IMG/VR virus record: IMGVR_UViG_3300045988_098110
Span: 14,402-78,401 of that record
DNA: 64,000 nucleotides
Origin: a virus
Reading direction: 5' to 3' (one strand)
How positions within the stretch are numbered: the stretch's first letter is position 1; each line of letters opens with the position of its first letter. Position numbers and translations under genes: made by a program. Below the pieces are notes generated by a model. It saw only the letters and a program-made list of their open reading frames with translations. It did not search any database and was not told where the DNA came from. This document shows, piece after piece, positions 7,549-16,335 of the stretch.

Positions 7549-8010
7549 CTATACTTTCATTTCCGGACTAAATTTCACTATCTTGAGGATAATCTGTAGT
7601 TCGTGAACGTATTTTATTTTACGCAAAAGGGCATATCCGTTCACGTTGAAGTGCTTTATGAACACTGGCCAATTGTATTTGTTTCTTTCTACTGCCAAAT
7701 ATCTGGCAAAATAGTTTTCTTTTCTGTCTTTGATTGGCCTTGTGAAGTACTTGCTCTCAACATCTTCCTTAAAGCCATTGTTGCGAAGGATTTCGGGCGT
7801 GATGGGTACGCCATCGATGTTGTTGCACCATGTTCCCCATGGACCGTCGTCTTCGTCGTTGGCAGCCTTCAGAGTGACGGCTCCCTTCTTGTCATTATAC
7901 TGTCGGTCGGGATGGATATCGGTAACGATACACAATGTGCCTTTCGGAAACGTGCAGTCTTTGTTAGTCTGCACAATGTCGCCTATTCTAAGGTCTTCGG
8001 GGTTAATCAT
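7549..8010 (-). CDS. hypothetical protein
   Basis: 153-aa ORF in the operon. No motif recognised. Confidence 0.55.
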   Translation of the reverse strand: MINPEDLRIGDIVQTNKDCTFPKGTLCIVTDIHPDRQYNDKKGAVTLKAANDEDDGPWGTWCNNIDGVPITPEILRNNGFKEDVESKYFTRPIKDRKENYFARYLAVERNKYNWPVFIKHFNVNGYALLRKIKYVHELQIILKIVKFSPEMKV

Positions 8011-8061
8011 TGTCTCTATGTTTTAATCTATATACTATATATGAGGGCGTGTCAGTCATGC

Positions 8062-8526
8062 TCAATCATGCTTTCCTGCCGCTACCACCTTCAACGCTTC
8101 GAGCAAGGTTTTCTCGCTGATGCCGTTGCCTGATGCCTGGACGCTCTCCCTGAGCTCATCGAGCGTGCGAAGGATTGTGCCGTTGTCTTTGAGCATATTC
8201 TCGTGACAAGCGTTGAACGCACGAATGACATCCGTGCGCAAAGAATCGATAGCGTCCTTGAGTGTGGCTTCATGCTCCTTCTTGATTCCTTCGGCTATGA
8301 CCTGAGAAGGGAGAGGAAAGTCGAAATGGCAGACACCCTGTCTCCCATCAACAAGTTGGTTATTGGCTTGCACACTACGTAATTGTTGACATCCGTCGTC
8401 GAACTTTACGAGATAAATGCCATCACCATTCGGATAATGGTCAACGAAACAATGATCGCTCGTAGGATTCTGTCTCGATTCTTCAATCACACCAGCAATC
8501 GGTATTCTCACTTCTTGTTGCTCCAT
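8062..8526 (-). CDS. hypothetical protein
   Basis: 154-aa ORF in the operon. Confidence 0.55.
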   Translation of the reverse strand: MEQQEVRIPIAGVIEESRQNPTSDHCFVDHYPNGDGIYLVKFDDGCQQLRSVQANNQLVDGRQGVCHFDFPLPSQVIAEGIKKEHEATLKDAIDSLRTDVIRAFNACHENMLKDNGTILRTLDELRESVQASGNGISEKTLLEALKVVAAGKHD

Positions 8527-8542
8527 AATAATTTATGTTAAG

Positions 8543-9025
8543 TTAGTCTTCTTGAATGCCCAGTTTCTTACGCCATTCAGGATCGTGGATAGAACCAACG
8601 ACCTCTGATTTTTTAGTATCGGAACTATTGAGAAAATCTTCTCTTCCAGTCTCATCTTCTGCTGATATAGAATCAGGATTCTTGTGCAGAACAAATATAT
8701 AAGATAAGAAGTCCACGGAATAATAGATTGATAAGTAATAATTACAAACGACGTTTCCGCATTCATCAAAATCCGAGTAATCACTCAGTTCAAACGGATC
8801 AAAACTTAATAAATCTCCCTCGTAAATATCCTTGCCATTCTCGTCGGTTAATCCGGTGAACTGGCAGACGGTATCAGGGTCAACCAATACCGCTTCATTA
8901 CGATTAAGCATAGAATCTTTCTGTCTATCCTTAATGATGTAGGTATTATCACACTCCTTATAGTAATAGCCTTCAATCCACTCACTACTATCAACACTCT
9001 TACCTTTGAATTTGATGGTTCTCAT
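8543..9025 (-). CDS. YopX-family phage protein
   Basis: MRTIKFKGKS...VCQFTGLTDENGKDIYEGDLL...VVGSIHDPEW matches the YopX pattern (REIKFR.., QYTGLKDKNGKEIYEGD, IGNIHDNPEL). Confidence 0.7.
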   Translation of the reverse strand: MRTIKFKGKSVDSSEWIEGYYYKECDNTYIIKDRQKDSMLNRNEAVLVDPDTVCQFTGLTDENGKDIYEGDLLSFDPFELSDYSDFDECGNVVCNYYLSIYYSVDFLSYIFVLHKNPDSISAEDETGREDFLNSSDTKKSEVVGSIHDPEWRKKLGIQED

Positions 9026-9030
9026 AATAT

Positions 9031-9219
9031 CTACTTTTTATGTTTCTTGTGCACCCCTGCGAAAACGTAAAGAAATAATACAAGAATGTTTCCCACCACA
9101 ATTAAGATCATTGGCAGCATTACTAACCACCACGACCAACTGATTGCTCCACAGAGTTTCATCACAATGAAGGCTACCTGAAGCGACACAATCATATAAT
9201 CAATAATTCCAAATTTCAT
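9031..9219 (-). CDS. small two-TM membrane protein
   Basis: 62 aa, two hydrophobic helices and a basic tail (HKKHKK). Confidence 0.5.
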   Translation of the reverse strand: MKFGIIDYMIVSLQVAFIVMKLCGAISWSWWLVMLPMILIVVGNILVLFLYVFAGVHKKHKK

Positions 9220-9243
9220 ATCTCGTTTATAATTTGTTTAGAC

Positions 9244-9525
9244 TTACAACACATTTTTCGACAGCTGGCTCATAATATTATAAGCAGTACCATCTTCCGA
9301 AGATTCTTTCCATAGCTTGGCAAGAGCGCAATCTTGATACAAACCACAATAATGACTAAGTAGCCAGTCGGTAAGTTTACCTTTAACCTTTTTGCAACCT
9401 TCGTCAAGTCGTTTACGACAATGAAAACAACTACATGGCACTTTTATATTTATCCAGTTGTCACGAATTTCATCGTCAGACGTTCCATAAAAGAATTGCT
9501 CGACATCATCAGTTATTATTTCCAT
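9244..9525 (-). CDS. hypothetical Cys-rich protein
   Basis: 93 aa; CSCFHCRKRLDEGC suggests a zinc-binding knuckle. Confidence 0.5.
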   Translation of the reverse strand: MEIITDDVEQFFYGTSDDEIRDNWINIKVPCSCFHCRKRLDEGCKKVKGKLTDWLLSHYCGLYQDCALAKLWKESSEDGTAYNIMSQLSKNVL

Positions 9526-9571
9526 AATATATTCAAATCCTAAATCCAGACAACCTTAAATCCGTTTTCCT

Positions 9572-10138
9572 TCAATCTGACGATATGGGACAAAGTCTGT
9601 CAGGCTTCAACTGCTCGTCCGACAACGACTCCGAGCTATACAGCGACAGGTCATTATGCCAGTGGTCTTCGTCGCCTATATCGATGTAAGGGTTCTCGGG
9701 TATCTCGCAAGTTTTCACACTTGTCACCCACTCGCTCGGTATGTACGAGCCAAACACCTCCATCTTCTTTTGCAAGGGGAACGATTGGTGCAAGGGACAG
9801 TACTTTCCGGCGAACTTATAGCACAATACCCTATGCAGCTTTCCGTCCTGCGACTCAAACGAGACAATATGGCGGTTCCCGCGGTGCAAGGCGGCCATTA
9901 CGCGAAGAAAGTCCTCCCATCCCACATCCCTGTGCAGCTCGCCTCTGATATTGTTGAAATAGCACTCCCAGAGGTCACGGCGCATGAAATACCAAAGAAA
10001 GTCCATGTCCGTTTCGTTCATCTGCGGAATACTCTTCCACACAAACTCACGCCATACGTGCTGACGGAGGTGCGAGCCTCTTGCGAACCCCTCGATGGCG
10101 CAGAGGAAGTCGTGGTGGTCAAGACTGATGGTAATCAT
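9572..10138 (-). CDS. hypothetical protein
   Basis: 188-aa ORF with a 4-nt overlap with the upstream gene. Confidence 0.55.
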   Translation of the reverse strand: MITISLDHHDFLCAIEGFARGSHLRQHVWREFVWKSIPQMNETDMDFLWYFMRRDLWECYFNNIRGELHRDVGWEDFLRVMAALHRGNRHIVSFESQDGKLHRVLCYKFAGKYCPLHQSFPLQKKMEVFGSYIPSEWVTSVKTCEIPENPYIDIGDEDHWHNDLSLYSSESLSDEQLKPDRLCPISSD

Positions 10139-10341
10139 AAGCCACCTCCCTCCTGTTCTGCGTTCAGCTCATCGAGCATGTCCTGCGATACGGCGAGAAG
10201 GTGCTCGTAGTCGCCTGACGTGGCCTCGTCGGCGTACTTGGCCTTTTCCTCGACAGTCCTCCCACATTCATTCATAGCGCGGCCAACGTAACTAATGATG
10301 GCAATGGCGTTTCCGTCCTGCCCTTCTAATGTGTACTTCAT
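10135..10341 (-). CDS. hypothetical small protein
   Basis: 68-aa ORF, translationally coupled to 9572..10138. Confidence 0.5.
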   Translation of the reverse strand: MKYTLEGQDGNAIAIISYVGRAMNECGRTVEEKAKYADEATSGDYEHLLAVSQDMLDELNAEQEGGGL

Positions 10342-10372
10342 ATATACGTGTGTTTTATGGTTTTTCTGTTGT

Positions 10373-11095
10373 TTATTTTAGAGTAAAAAGTCGCTCAATT
10401 GGTCTTTTGGTTGCGACCGGGTTGAGGGAGTTTGTTACCTCCTTCTCCCAGACGCAAGTAAAATCTTCGGGCATGTGATACTCGCTCACGAACACCTTGT
10501 GCCCGGCGCTGGCAACGCTCTTGCACCATGAGTAAAACGCATCATGGTTGAACTTGCCGTAACGGTATCCTGTTTTCCCTTCGTAAGGGATGTCACAGTA
10601 AACAATGGAACGAGGAGGCAAATCGAGGCAGTCGTAAGAGCCTGCAACAAACTCTACGCCTTGCAATGGGTCAATATCCTTCTTGATGTTAGCTATATAC
10701 TCGGCTATGTAGTCACGGACCTTCCCGTCCTTGCCGACTACGTTGTGTCCGGTGTAACCTTGGAAGAACTTTCCGTTGAAGCTCGACATGAACCCTATCC
10801 ACCCTATCTCATCATCTGAGTAGCCCAATTCAATATTTCCACTGGCCTGCATCCTCGCATGGTAATACATCTTCTTTGTGATGGTGGAAGGGAACCTTTG
10901 TCCTGCAAGCAAGGAGCGCCACATGGCAATAAGGTATTCGTTCTTGTCGTTCGCTATGCGCCTGTACGTTGAAGGCACACGCTCAATGACGCTGCAACCT
11001 CCACAGAAGGCGTCAACGAACGTGCTTCGGTCGTTGTCGAGCATGATGGGGAGTATTTCATCCGCTATTCGTCGTTTGCTTCCTATGTATCTCAT
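10373..11095 (-). CDS. dam: Dam-like DNA adenine methyltransferase (D12 class)
   Basis: MRYIGSKRRIADEILPIM...FVDAFCGGCSV (motif I) and IVYCDIPYEG (DPPY-type motif IV) match the MethyltransfD12 layout. Confidence 0.75.
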   Translation of the reverse strand: MRYIGSKRRIADEILPIMLDNDRSTFVDAFCGGCSVIERVPSTYRRIANDKNEYLIAMWRSLLAGQRFPSTITKKMYYHARMQASGNIELGYSDDEIGWIGFMSSFNGKFFQGYTGHNVVGKDGKVRDYIAEYIANIKKDIDPLQGVEFVAGSYDCLDLPPRSIVYCDIPYEGKTGYRYGKFNHDAFYSWCKSVASAGHKVFVSEYHMPEDFTCVWEKEVTNSLNPVATKRPIERLFTLK

Positions 11096-11299
11096 AATAG
11101 ACTGCGATTTTTATCAGTGAGTCAGGGGAAAAATAAAGTAGCCCCACCCTTTGTCCGTGTTGCGATCCGAACTCAGAGTGGGGCAAGTATATAAGAAGTG
11201 AAACGTCCCTATGCTTATTCCGTGTGTCCGCTATCAGGTTCGCAACTACCAACAAGCGAGAGCAAAGATAGGCAATAGGCAGCCATCTTCCAAATACTG

Positions 11300-11307
11300 C
11301 AAAAATA
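11300..11307 (-). promoter_or_regulatory. -7 box TATTTTTG
   Basis: Plus strand reads CAAAAATA, downstream (on the minus strand) of the 11391-11428 terminator and about 200 nt upstream of the dam-like start. Confidence 0.35.
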
Positions 11308-11390
11308 CGTTAATGCGCTGAATGGTGCGTTTTGTTTCGGTTTCGTAAGCTACCTACGAGCGAGCAATTTTCCTATTTATTGTTTATTAA

Positions 11391-11428
11391 CAAAAAGCCC
11401 CACAAGGCTATTGGGATAAGCCATGTGG
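11391..11428 (-). terminator. rho-independent terminator
   Basis: CCACAAGGCT / AGCCATGTGG stem with one mismatch, followed on the minus strand by GGCTTTTTG. Confidence 0.55.
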
Positions 11429-11457
11429 AGCAAAGGGTTCTTGCAGGAAGAAGGCCG

Positions 11458-11751
11458 TCAGATGTTCTGACAGATGGCGTCGTTGACCTCAGATTCCATG
11501 ATCTTCGCCATTGTGCGTGTCATGATGCTTGTCATTGCGTTGTACTGGTTGACGAAGCGGTCTGTGTCCTGATCGCTGATAACACCTCCGTACTCATTGT
11601 TCCCACGTGTGGCCTCTCGCATGAAGTCGCAGTAGACCTTTCGGAGTTGGATGATTATTGATGCGATGCAAGGCTGCTGAACGTTCTCGTACTTGGGGCG
11701 GTCGATAGTATACTCGCCAACTTTCGATGTATCTGTTTCCATTGTTGTCAT
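11458..11751 (-). CDS. hypothetical protein
   Basis: 97-aa ORF. Confidence 0.5.
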   Translation of the reverse strand: MTTMETDTSKVGEYTIDRPKYENVQQPCIASIIIQLRKVYCDFMREATRGNNEYGGVISDQDTDRFVNQYNAMTSIMTRTMAKIMESEVNDAICQNI

Positions 11752-11766
11752 AGTGTTAAAGGGTTA

Positions 11767-12588
11767 TTACTTGAGGTCGATGATGGCCTGCTTACTGATT
11801 CCGACTATCCCAAGGAGTTCGTCGAAAAGGTTGTCGTACCAGCGGGCCTGTGTCTGCTGCTGATACTTGGGGTCTTGTTGGTTCTGTCCGAACCGGTCAT
11901 AGTCGGGGTTGATGACGAACCACTTGTGGATCTTGCCGAACCTTCCAGGGCGTGTGGCCTTTCTCACCACACCCTTGAGCTCAAGCATGCGGTTGAACGC
12001 CTGTGCCGATATGCCCACGTTGCGTTCCTTGAGCAAGTCGGAGGCAGCGTGCAGCACTGGGTTCGTTGTCCCTGCGTTCACGACCGATGGCAGCTCCGCC
12101 GCCAAGCCGAACTTGTCGCTAATCTTCTTCGCCCACGCAATCTTGGAGGCATCGTTGAGGTTGAGGGTCTTGATGGTCCAGTCGGCGAAGGTGAGGTTGG
12201 CCTGGATCTGCTCGTTGAGGCTTGCGCTCTGTTGCTGAATATTGTTGGCTACATGATGGAATACTCTGCGATAAACCTCGAATACTTGGCGAACCTTGCG
12301 AGCAACAAAGTACTCTAAACAGGCGGAAGTGAGATAATAATTATCAAGAGGTCTGCCATCCTTTGAGTTTTCCACATCTTGGTGGATAACTATAAAGTCC
12401 ACATTTTCCATAAAGTTGACCTTTAATGCTCGAACGGCAGCATCCTTGCGTGAGTATGCAAGCATCCAAACATCATCAAGAAATACGGAAAACACTTTGT
12501 CTTGTTGATCTAATGCCAACACGCCACGGAAGTAACGCTCAATTTCGCTTGGGCTACTATCCTTTGATAGAATTACGTTTGTATTCAT
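11767..12588 (-). CDS. antirepressor-like protein (AntA-like N-terminus, KilAC-like C-terminus)
   Basis: LDDVWMLAYSRKDAAVRALKVNFMENVDF is AntA-like. The C-terminal VGISAQAFNRMLELKGVV...WFVINPDY is KilAC-like. Confidence 0.45.
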   Translation of the reverse strand: MNTNVILSKDSSPSEIERYFRGVLALDQQDKVFSVFLDDVWMLAYSRKDAAVRALKVNFMENVDFIVIHQDVENSKDGRPLDNYYLTSACLEYFVARKVRQVFEVYRRVFHHVANNIQQQSASLNEQIQANLTFADWTIKTLNLNDASKIAWAKKISDKFGLAAELPSVVNAGTTNPVLHAASDLLKERNVGISAQAFNRMLELKGVVRKATRPGRFGKIHKWFVINPDYDRFGQNQQDPKYQQQTQARWYDNLFDELLGIVGISKQAIIDLK

Positions 12589-12608
12589 ATCACTAAGTTT
12601 TTAGACAC

Positions 12609-12686
12609 GAAAAAACTGCGCTACGTGTTGTCTAAGGCTCTTAGCAAACCTCCGATGGTAGTTTCCATCCATCGACACGGCGCAGT
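12609..12686 (-). promoter_or_regulatory. Y-shaped RNA structure with U-tract in the 5' leader (attenuator/terminator-like)
   Basis: The minus strand has a 12-bp closing stem with a 2-nt bulge (ACTGCGCCGTGT / ACACG-ta-GCGCAGT). It encloses hairpins CGATGG(10 nt)CCATCG and CTAAG(agc)CTTAG, followed by TTTTT, and ends 21 nt before ATG 12588. Confidence 0.45.
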
Positions 12687-13033
12687 AATCTCTATATAAA
12701 TTACTTTATATTCGTAAGAAGTGGGTACAATAAACGCACCCCCCTTGCAGAAGATGCGGCAACCATACCGCTAAGATTTATTTAGACGTTGCAAATATAC
12801 GCAATATATCACTGACTTGTACTGCGAAAAGCGGATTTTAACCAAACTTTAACACTTGGCAGTTATTAATTCTTCGATTAATTTGTTTTTTACACTATAT
12901 TCCACAAAATAGGCTGACCCAAACAAATGAGCCAGCCAACTTTTTACTTGCCCTTGAATATACAGACAGCTCCATATACTGCAAGGAGAATAATTAAGTA
13001 CAAAAAATGATGTTATATATGTTGGTGAATAGT

Positions 13034-13624
13034 TTACCAATCGTCATTTGATGAACCTGTACCATCGTGATTTTCAGCCATCCAAACTATAAGTGGAGTG
13101 ATGTACGAGTTAATCCAAGAATTGAAATTCCTTACTGCTATTTTCGAATTTACAGAACCATCTGAATTAAACATTGTTACGGTCGGTCCATATTCGGGAT
13201 GTTCCTTACTTGTAAATCGAACACCACCAAGTTTATAGAAGGAACGGACAATTTGGTCGTTTACGTGAATAGACATCTTGTAGCGACCATCTTTGAATTG
13301 AAGCACGATGTTCATATCCACGTCAGCCATATTGCCAACGCCTCTACATCTGTAAGCATCGGTTGCTGCACAATGAATGTTCATTACCTGCTCGCCCATC
13401 GTGTTTAACACTTTGTCGGGATTGCGGTAATTCTGAACTACGTATTGATAGGCTCTCTGATACAAGTCGTGTGCGCTTGCATCTTTGACCTCCATTACAA
13501 TGTATTCTTTTCCGTCTTTTTCAGCTACAACACCTGTCGGTGATGCCTTGAATATCTGTGCATTTGCTTGCACCACCACGGCAATCAAAATTGCCATAAA
13601 CATTAAAATCTTCTTCATAAGCAT
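13034..13624 (-). CDS. secreted protein with signal peptide (DUF4468-like)
   Basis: MLMKKILMFMAILIAVVVQANAQ is a signal peptide. ...VKDASAHDLYQRAYQYVVQNY...LQFKDGRYKMSIHV resembles DUF4468. The gene is isolated by more than 400-nt ORF-free flanks. Confidence 0.6.
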   Translation of the reverse strand: MLMKKILMFMAILIAVVVQANAQIFKASPTGVVAEKDGKEYIVMEVKDASAHDLYQRAYQYVVQNYRNPDKVLNTMGEQVMNIHCAATDAYRCRGVGNMADVDMNIVLQFKDGRYKMSIHVNDQIVRSFYKLGGVRFTSKEHPEYGPTVTMFNSDGSVNSKIAVRNFNSWINSYITPLIVWMAENHDGTGSSNDDW

Positions 13625-13775
13625 GATCTTTTAGTTATTGTTATTAGTTTTGCGAAATTACAAAATTCAGTTAACGCACGCAAGCCTTTTGCCGGATTTA
13701 ACACTTCCAAAACAGGCGCTTTCATGCACCCGAATTTATCGCGTTTCGCAAAATATTACACCGAAATTGCAGTTT

Positions 13776-14078
13776 CGCACGATTTCCGCACGAAACGCGC
13801 ACGATTTCGCACGCCTTTACTCCTATAAATCAGCGAGTTACAAAACACTTGCGCACGTTTTCCGCACGATTTCCGCACGGCTCGCACACTCATATTTCTT
13901 AACACGGGAAATTAAAACCACTTATAGTCAGCGAGTTACATTCGTCGTGGCCTCGGGGAAATTTACAAAATCGGCTAAAATCGGCAAAAATTCATCCTCG
14001 CGCGCGTATTAGTACTATACCAGTATAGTATATTAAATATATATTATATATATTATTTATATTAAATTATTATTATGT
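13776..14078. repeat. iteron cluster plus AT-rich block (origin-like)
   Basis: CGCACGATTTC(C)GCACG at 13776, 13798 and 13863, plus a variant at 13852. TCAGCGAGTTACA at 13830 and 13928. AAAATCGGC occurs twice. An almost pure A/T tract at 14008-14078 contains the palindrome ACTATAC-ca-GTATAGT. Confidence 0.5.
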
Positions 14079-14167
14079 CCGAAATCGAAAATTTTCGTGC
14101 GTGTTCTATGAGAGAGTAATTTTTTTGAGCTTTCCGAACACCCCCAAAGCCCCCTCTTTTTACAGAG

Positions 14168-14205
14168 ACAAAAAAACAATCCCCACCTACGCTTGGCAGG
14201 TGGGG
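14168..14205 (-). terminator. rho-independent terminator
   Basis: CCCCACCT (14181-88) / AGGTGGGG (14198-205) stem followed on the minus strand by a T-run (plus-strand A7 at 14170-77), downstream of 14271..14798. Confidence 0.7.
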
Positions 14206-14270
14206 AGAGAAACGAGAAAACTTTTTAAAGCGTTTGAGTTTTCTACAACGCTCGCTCGATTATCTTGTTG

Positions 14271-14798
14271 TTAGTCTTTGTTGCGGTCAATCAATCCGAT
14301 GGCGTAGTGGTTCGTGTCGTAGGTGTACGACATGGTGCGCTTTTTAATCGTGCTGTAATATTCGCCACAACAAGCCAAAACAAGCTCATCGTCTTCGGCG
14401 TCCTCGATCTCGTCCTTAATCTTCTCCATCTTATCGAGGAAACAACGCAGAGAGTCGAAGTCATCGAAGTCAGATACAAAGGGTTGCACCTCGTTCTCGT
14501 AGAACCCCTCCAAGTCCTTCTTCGAAAATTCACGGTAGTCATCGCCATATTCGTCAGCCGAACGCTCAAAAGGTTCGTGTGCCTGACATCCCGTTCGATA
14601 CCACATGTCCCATCCGTCACGCTTGTGGAAAATCTCAATGCTCAGCCCGTTCTCCTTCGCCAACTCCTCGGCCTGCTCAAATGAGTCGAAGCCGATAATG
14701 GCCTTCTTCAAATCCTGAGGATAACCGTTCCTCGCTGATGTTGTGTCGATCAACTCCAAGCCGTTCTCCGTTGCTATATCTTCAAAGTTGCTAATCAT
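14271..14798 (-). CDS. strongly acidic hypothetical protein
   Basis: 175 aa. Hand count gives 43 D/E against 20 K/R, with runs such as DFDDFDS and EIEDAEDDE. Confidence 0.6.
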   Translation of the reverse strand: MISNFEDIATENGLELIDTTSARNGYPQDLKKAIIGFDSFEQAEELAKENGLSIEIFHKRDGWDMWYRTGCQAHEPFERSADEYGDDYREFSKKDLEGFYENEVQPFVSDFDDFDSLRCFLDKMEKIKDEIEDAEDDELVLACCGEYYSTIKKRTMSYTYDTNHYAIGLIDRNKD

Positions 14799-14841
14799 GA
14801 TAAAATGACTTAACCGTGATGTCGAGGGCTGATGATTGTTG

Positions 14842-15117
14842 TTACCAAATTTCTTCTACTTCAAACTCCACGTTGCCATCCCAGTCGAAGGAGTCGCTAT
14901 CACTCTCCTCTTCTGGCGAGAGATACCAGTATGCGGTCAACCTGCAACCGTCCATTGTGACGGGCACACCTGCATACTCGGCCTTTCCGATATGTTCGGG
15001 GTTCTCGAATGATGGGTACATAACCCTGCTGGTAGGCTCTGCTCCTTGTGACATGGCGGCCTGTACACTCTCCTGGCCGAAGCTCTCGATGGCCTCCTGC
15101 TTTGTAATTCGTTTCAT
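14842..15117 (-). CDS. acidic hypothetical protein
   Basis: 91 aa with an acidic tail, SPEEESDSDSFDWDGNVEFEVEEIW. Confidence 0.55.
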   Translation of the reverse strand: MKRITKQEAIESFGQESVQAAMSQGAEPTSRVMYPSFENPEHIGKAEYAGVPVTMDGCRLTAYWYLSPEEESDSDSFDWDGNVEFEVEEIW

Positions 15118-15174
15118 ATTTACTTTGTTGTTAGATGGTTCTATCTATTTTAGTTATTACTTGTTGCGGCCAGT

Positions 15175-15195
15175 GGCACAATCAAAAATTGTGCC
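15175..15195. repeat. perfect palindrome GGCACAAT-caaaa-ATTGTGCC
   Basis: 8-bp arms located 34 nt past the recombinase stop. ATTGTGCC recurs at 16375-16382 inside the hairpin CGCCCGG..CCGGGCG (16357-16387), upstream of the same gene. Confidence 0.4.
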
Positions 15196-15228
15196 GATAA
15201 GCCAAATTGCGATAAGAAATGCCATGGG

Positions 15229-16335
15229 TTATTCTTCCTCCTTTCTGTCGGTGTCTTGGTTATTGTTATTGAGTTCTTTGTAATACTGCTTAATGTCGGA
15301 GTCGCTCATGCCCTTCTCTCTCATGATCCTGTAGTCTGCACTGTCACGGCGAAGGTTCACGCGGTCCTCGTAGACTGTTCGCAGGTTGTAATAAGCGTTA
15401 CGCACGCGCTCAAGGGTGAGCACCTTCCCGGTCGATGACATGATACCCATTTGTTGAAGGGTGTACGACGCTTGCGAGAAGTTGTTTTTCGTTAGCTCTG
15501 TGAAGTTATTTGTGCATTGACGGACAATTGCCCATATCGCTTTGTTACAAGGCTTCTCAGCGGCTTCTTTCTTACGTCTCTCGGCGGCTGCCGTTCGGGC
15601 TGCTGAAAGGTCGCTTTTCTTCGGGCGCCCGAGCTTCGTTACCACCTTTCCGGATTTGGATGAAATAAACTGGCCGTCCTCCTCGAGTTTTTTCTTCCTG
15701 ACATCCAATGCGCTTTGCGTGCGCTCTTGGATTAACTCCTTCTCCATCTGAGCCGAGAAAGAGAAAGCGAACAGGAGCATTTCGTCGATGGCCCGCAAGT
15801 GGGCGCAATCAAGGTCGATGCCCATCTGGACTATGACAAGGCGCACACCTCTTGGCTTCAACTCGTCGTTAACAAACTTGTTGATATCGCTCATGGAGCG
15901 GCCTATGCGGCTAACCTCTGATACGATAAGGGTATCACCCTTCTTCAGCATAGGTAGCACGATCTTTCCAAGGTTTCTGTCCTTGTAGGTCACACCGCCG
16001 CTTACTCCCTCGTCGCTCACCTCTTGCGTGGCTGTCATGTTATGGTCTTTCAACCACTCGTTGACGGTCCTTTCCTGCTGCTCAAGGGTCTGTTTCTCGG
16101 TTGATACTCGGCTATATATGATAACCTTTGGTTTTTTCTCCTCCTCTTCTTTCGCTTTCTTTTCTCGTATGGAAATCTCGTGCTTAACGTTGCATAGCTT
16201 ATCCCTCCTGCAAACGACCTTGCCGCCTATCACATTGTGACAGACGCACTCCTTGCAGTAAGCTTTGTGGTCGGGAGGAATTATGTCGTAAAACTCCTCT
16301 CGTCCGTCCTGTGTTATGCGCTTTGTTAGTTCCAT
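15229..16335 (-). CDS. serine recombinase (resolvase/invertase catalytic domain) with Cys-rich N-terminal extension
   Basis: KVIIYSRVSTEKQTLEQQ...DEGVSGG...GDTLIVSEVSRIGRS is the resolvase N-terminal domain with the catalytic Ser. An N-terminal extension of about 70 aa contains CKECVCH..CRRDKLC. Confidence 0.8.
   Translation of the reverse strand: MELTKRITQDGREEFYDIIPPDHKAYCKECVCHNVIGGKVVCRRDKLCNVKHEISIREKKAKEEEEKKPKVIIYSRVSTEKQTLEQQERTVNEWLKDHNMTATQEVSDEGVSGGVTYKDRNLGKIVLPMLKKGDTLIVSEVSRIGRSMSDINKFVNDELKPRGVRLVIVQMGIDLDCAHLRAIDEMLLFAFSFSAQMEKELIQERTQSALDVRKKKLEEDGQFISSKSGKVVTKLGRPKKSDLSAARTAAAERRKKEAAEKPCNKAIWAIVRQCTNNFTELTKNNFSQASYTLQQMGIMSSTGKVLTLERVRNAYYNLRTVYEDRVNLRRDSADYRIMREKGMSDSDIKQYYKELNNNNQDTDRKEEE

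Noticed and set aside
11058-11255. 65-aa minus-strand ORF upstream of the dam-like gene.
   Set aside because: It overlaps the dam-like gene start and spans a GCCCCAC..GTGGGGC hairpin. It is more likely leader RNA than coding sequence.
12615-12686. 72-nt element closed by a 7-bp stem, the size of a tRNA.
   Set aside because: It has no T-loop or D-loop consensus, and the internal pairing is a Y-shape with a 12-bp base. It is followed by a U-tract rather than a discriminator plus CCA.
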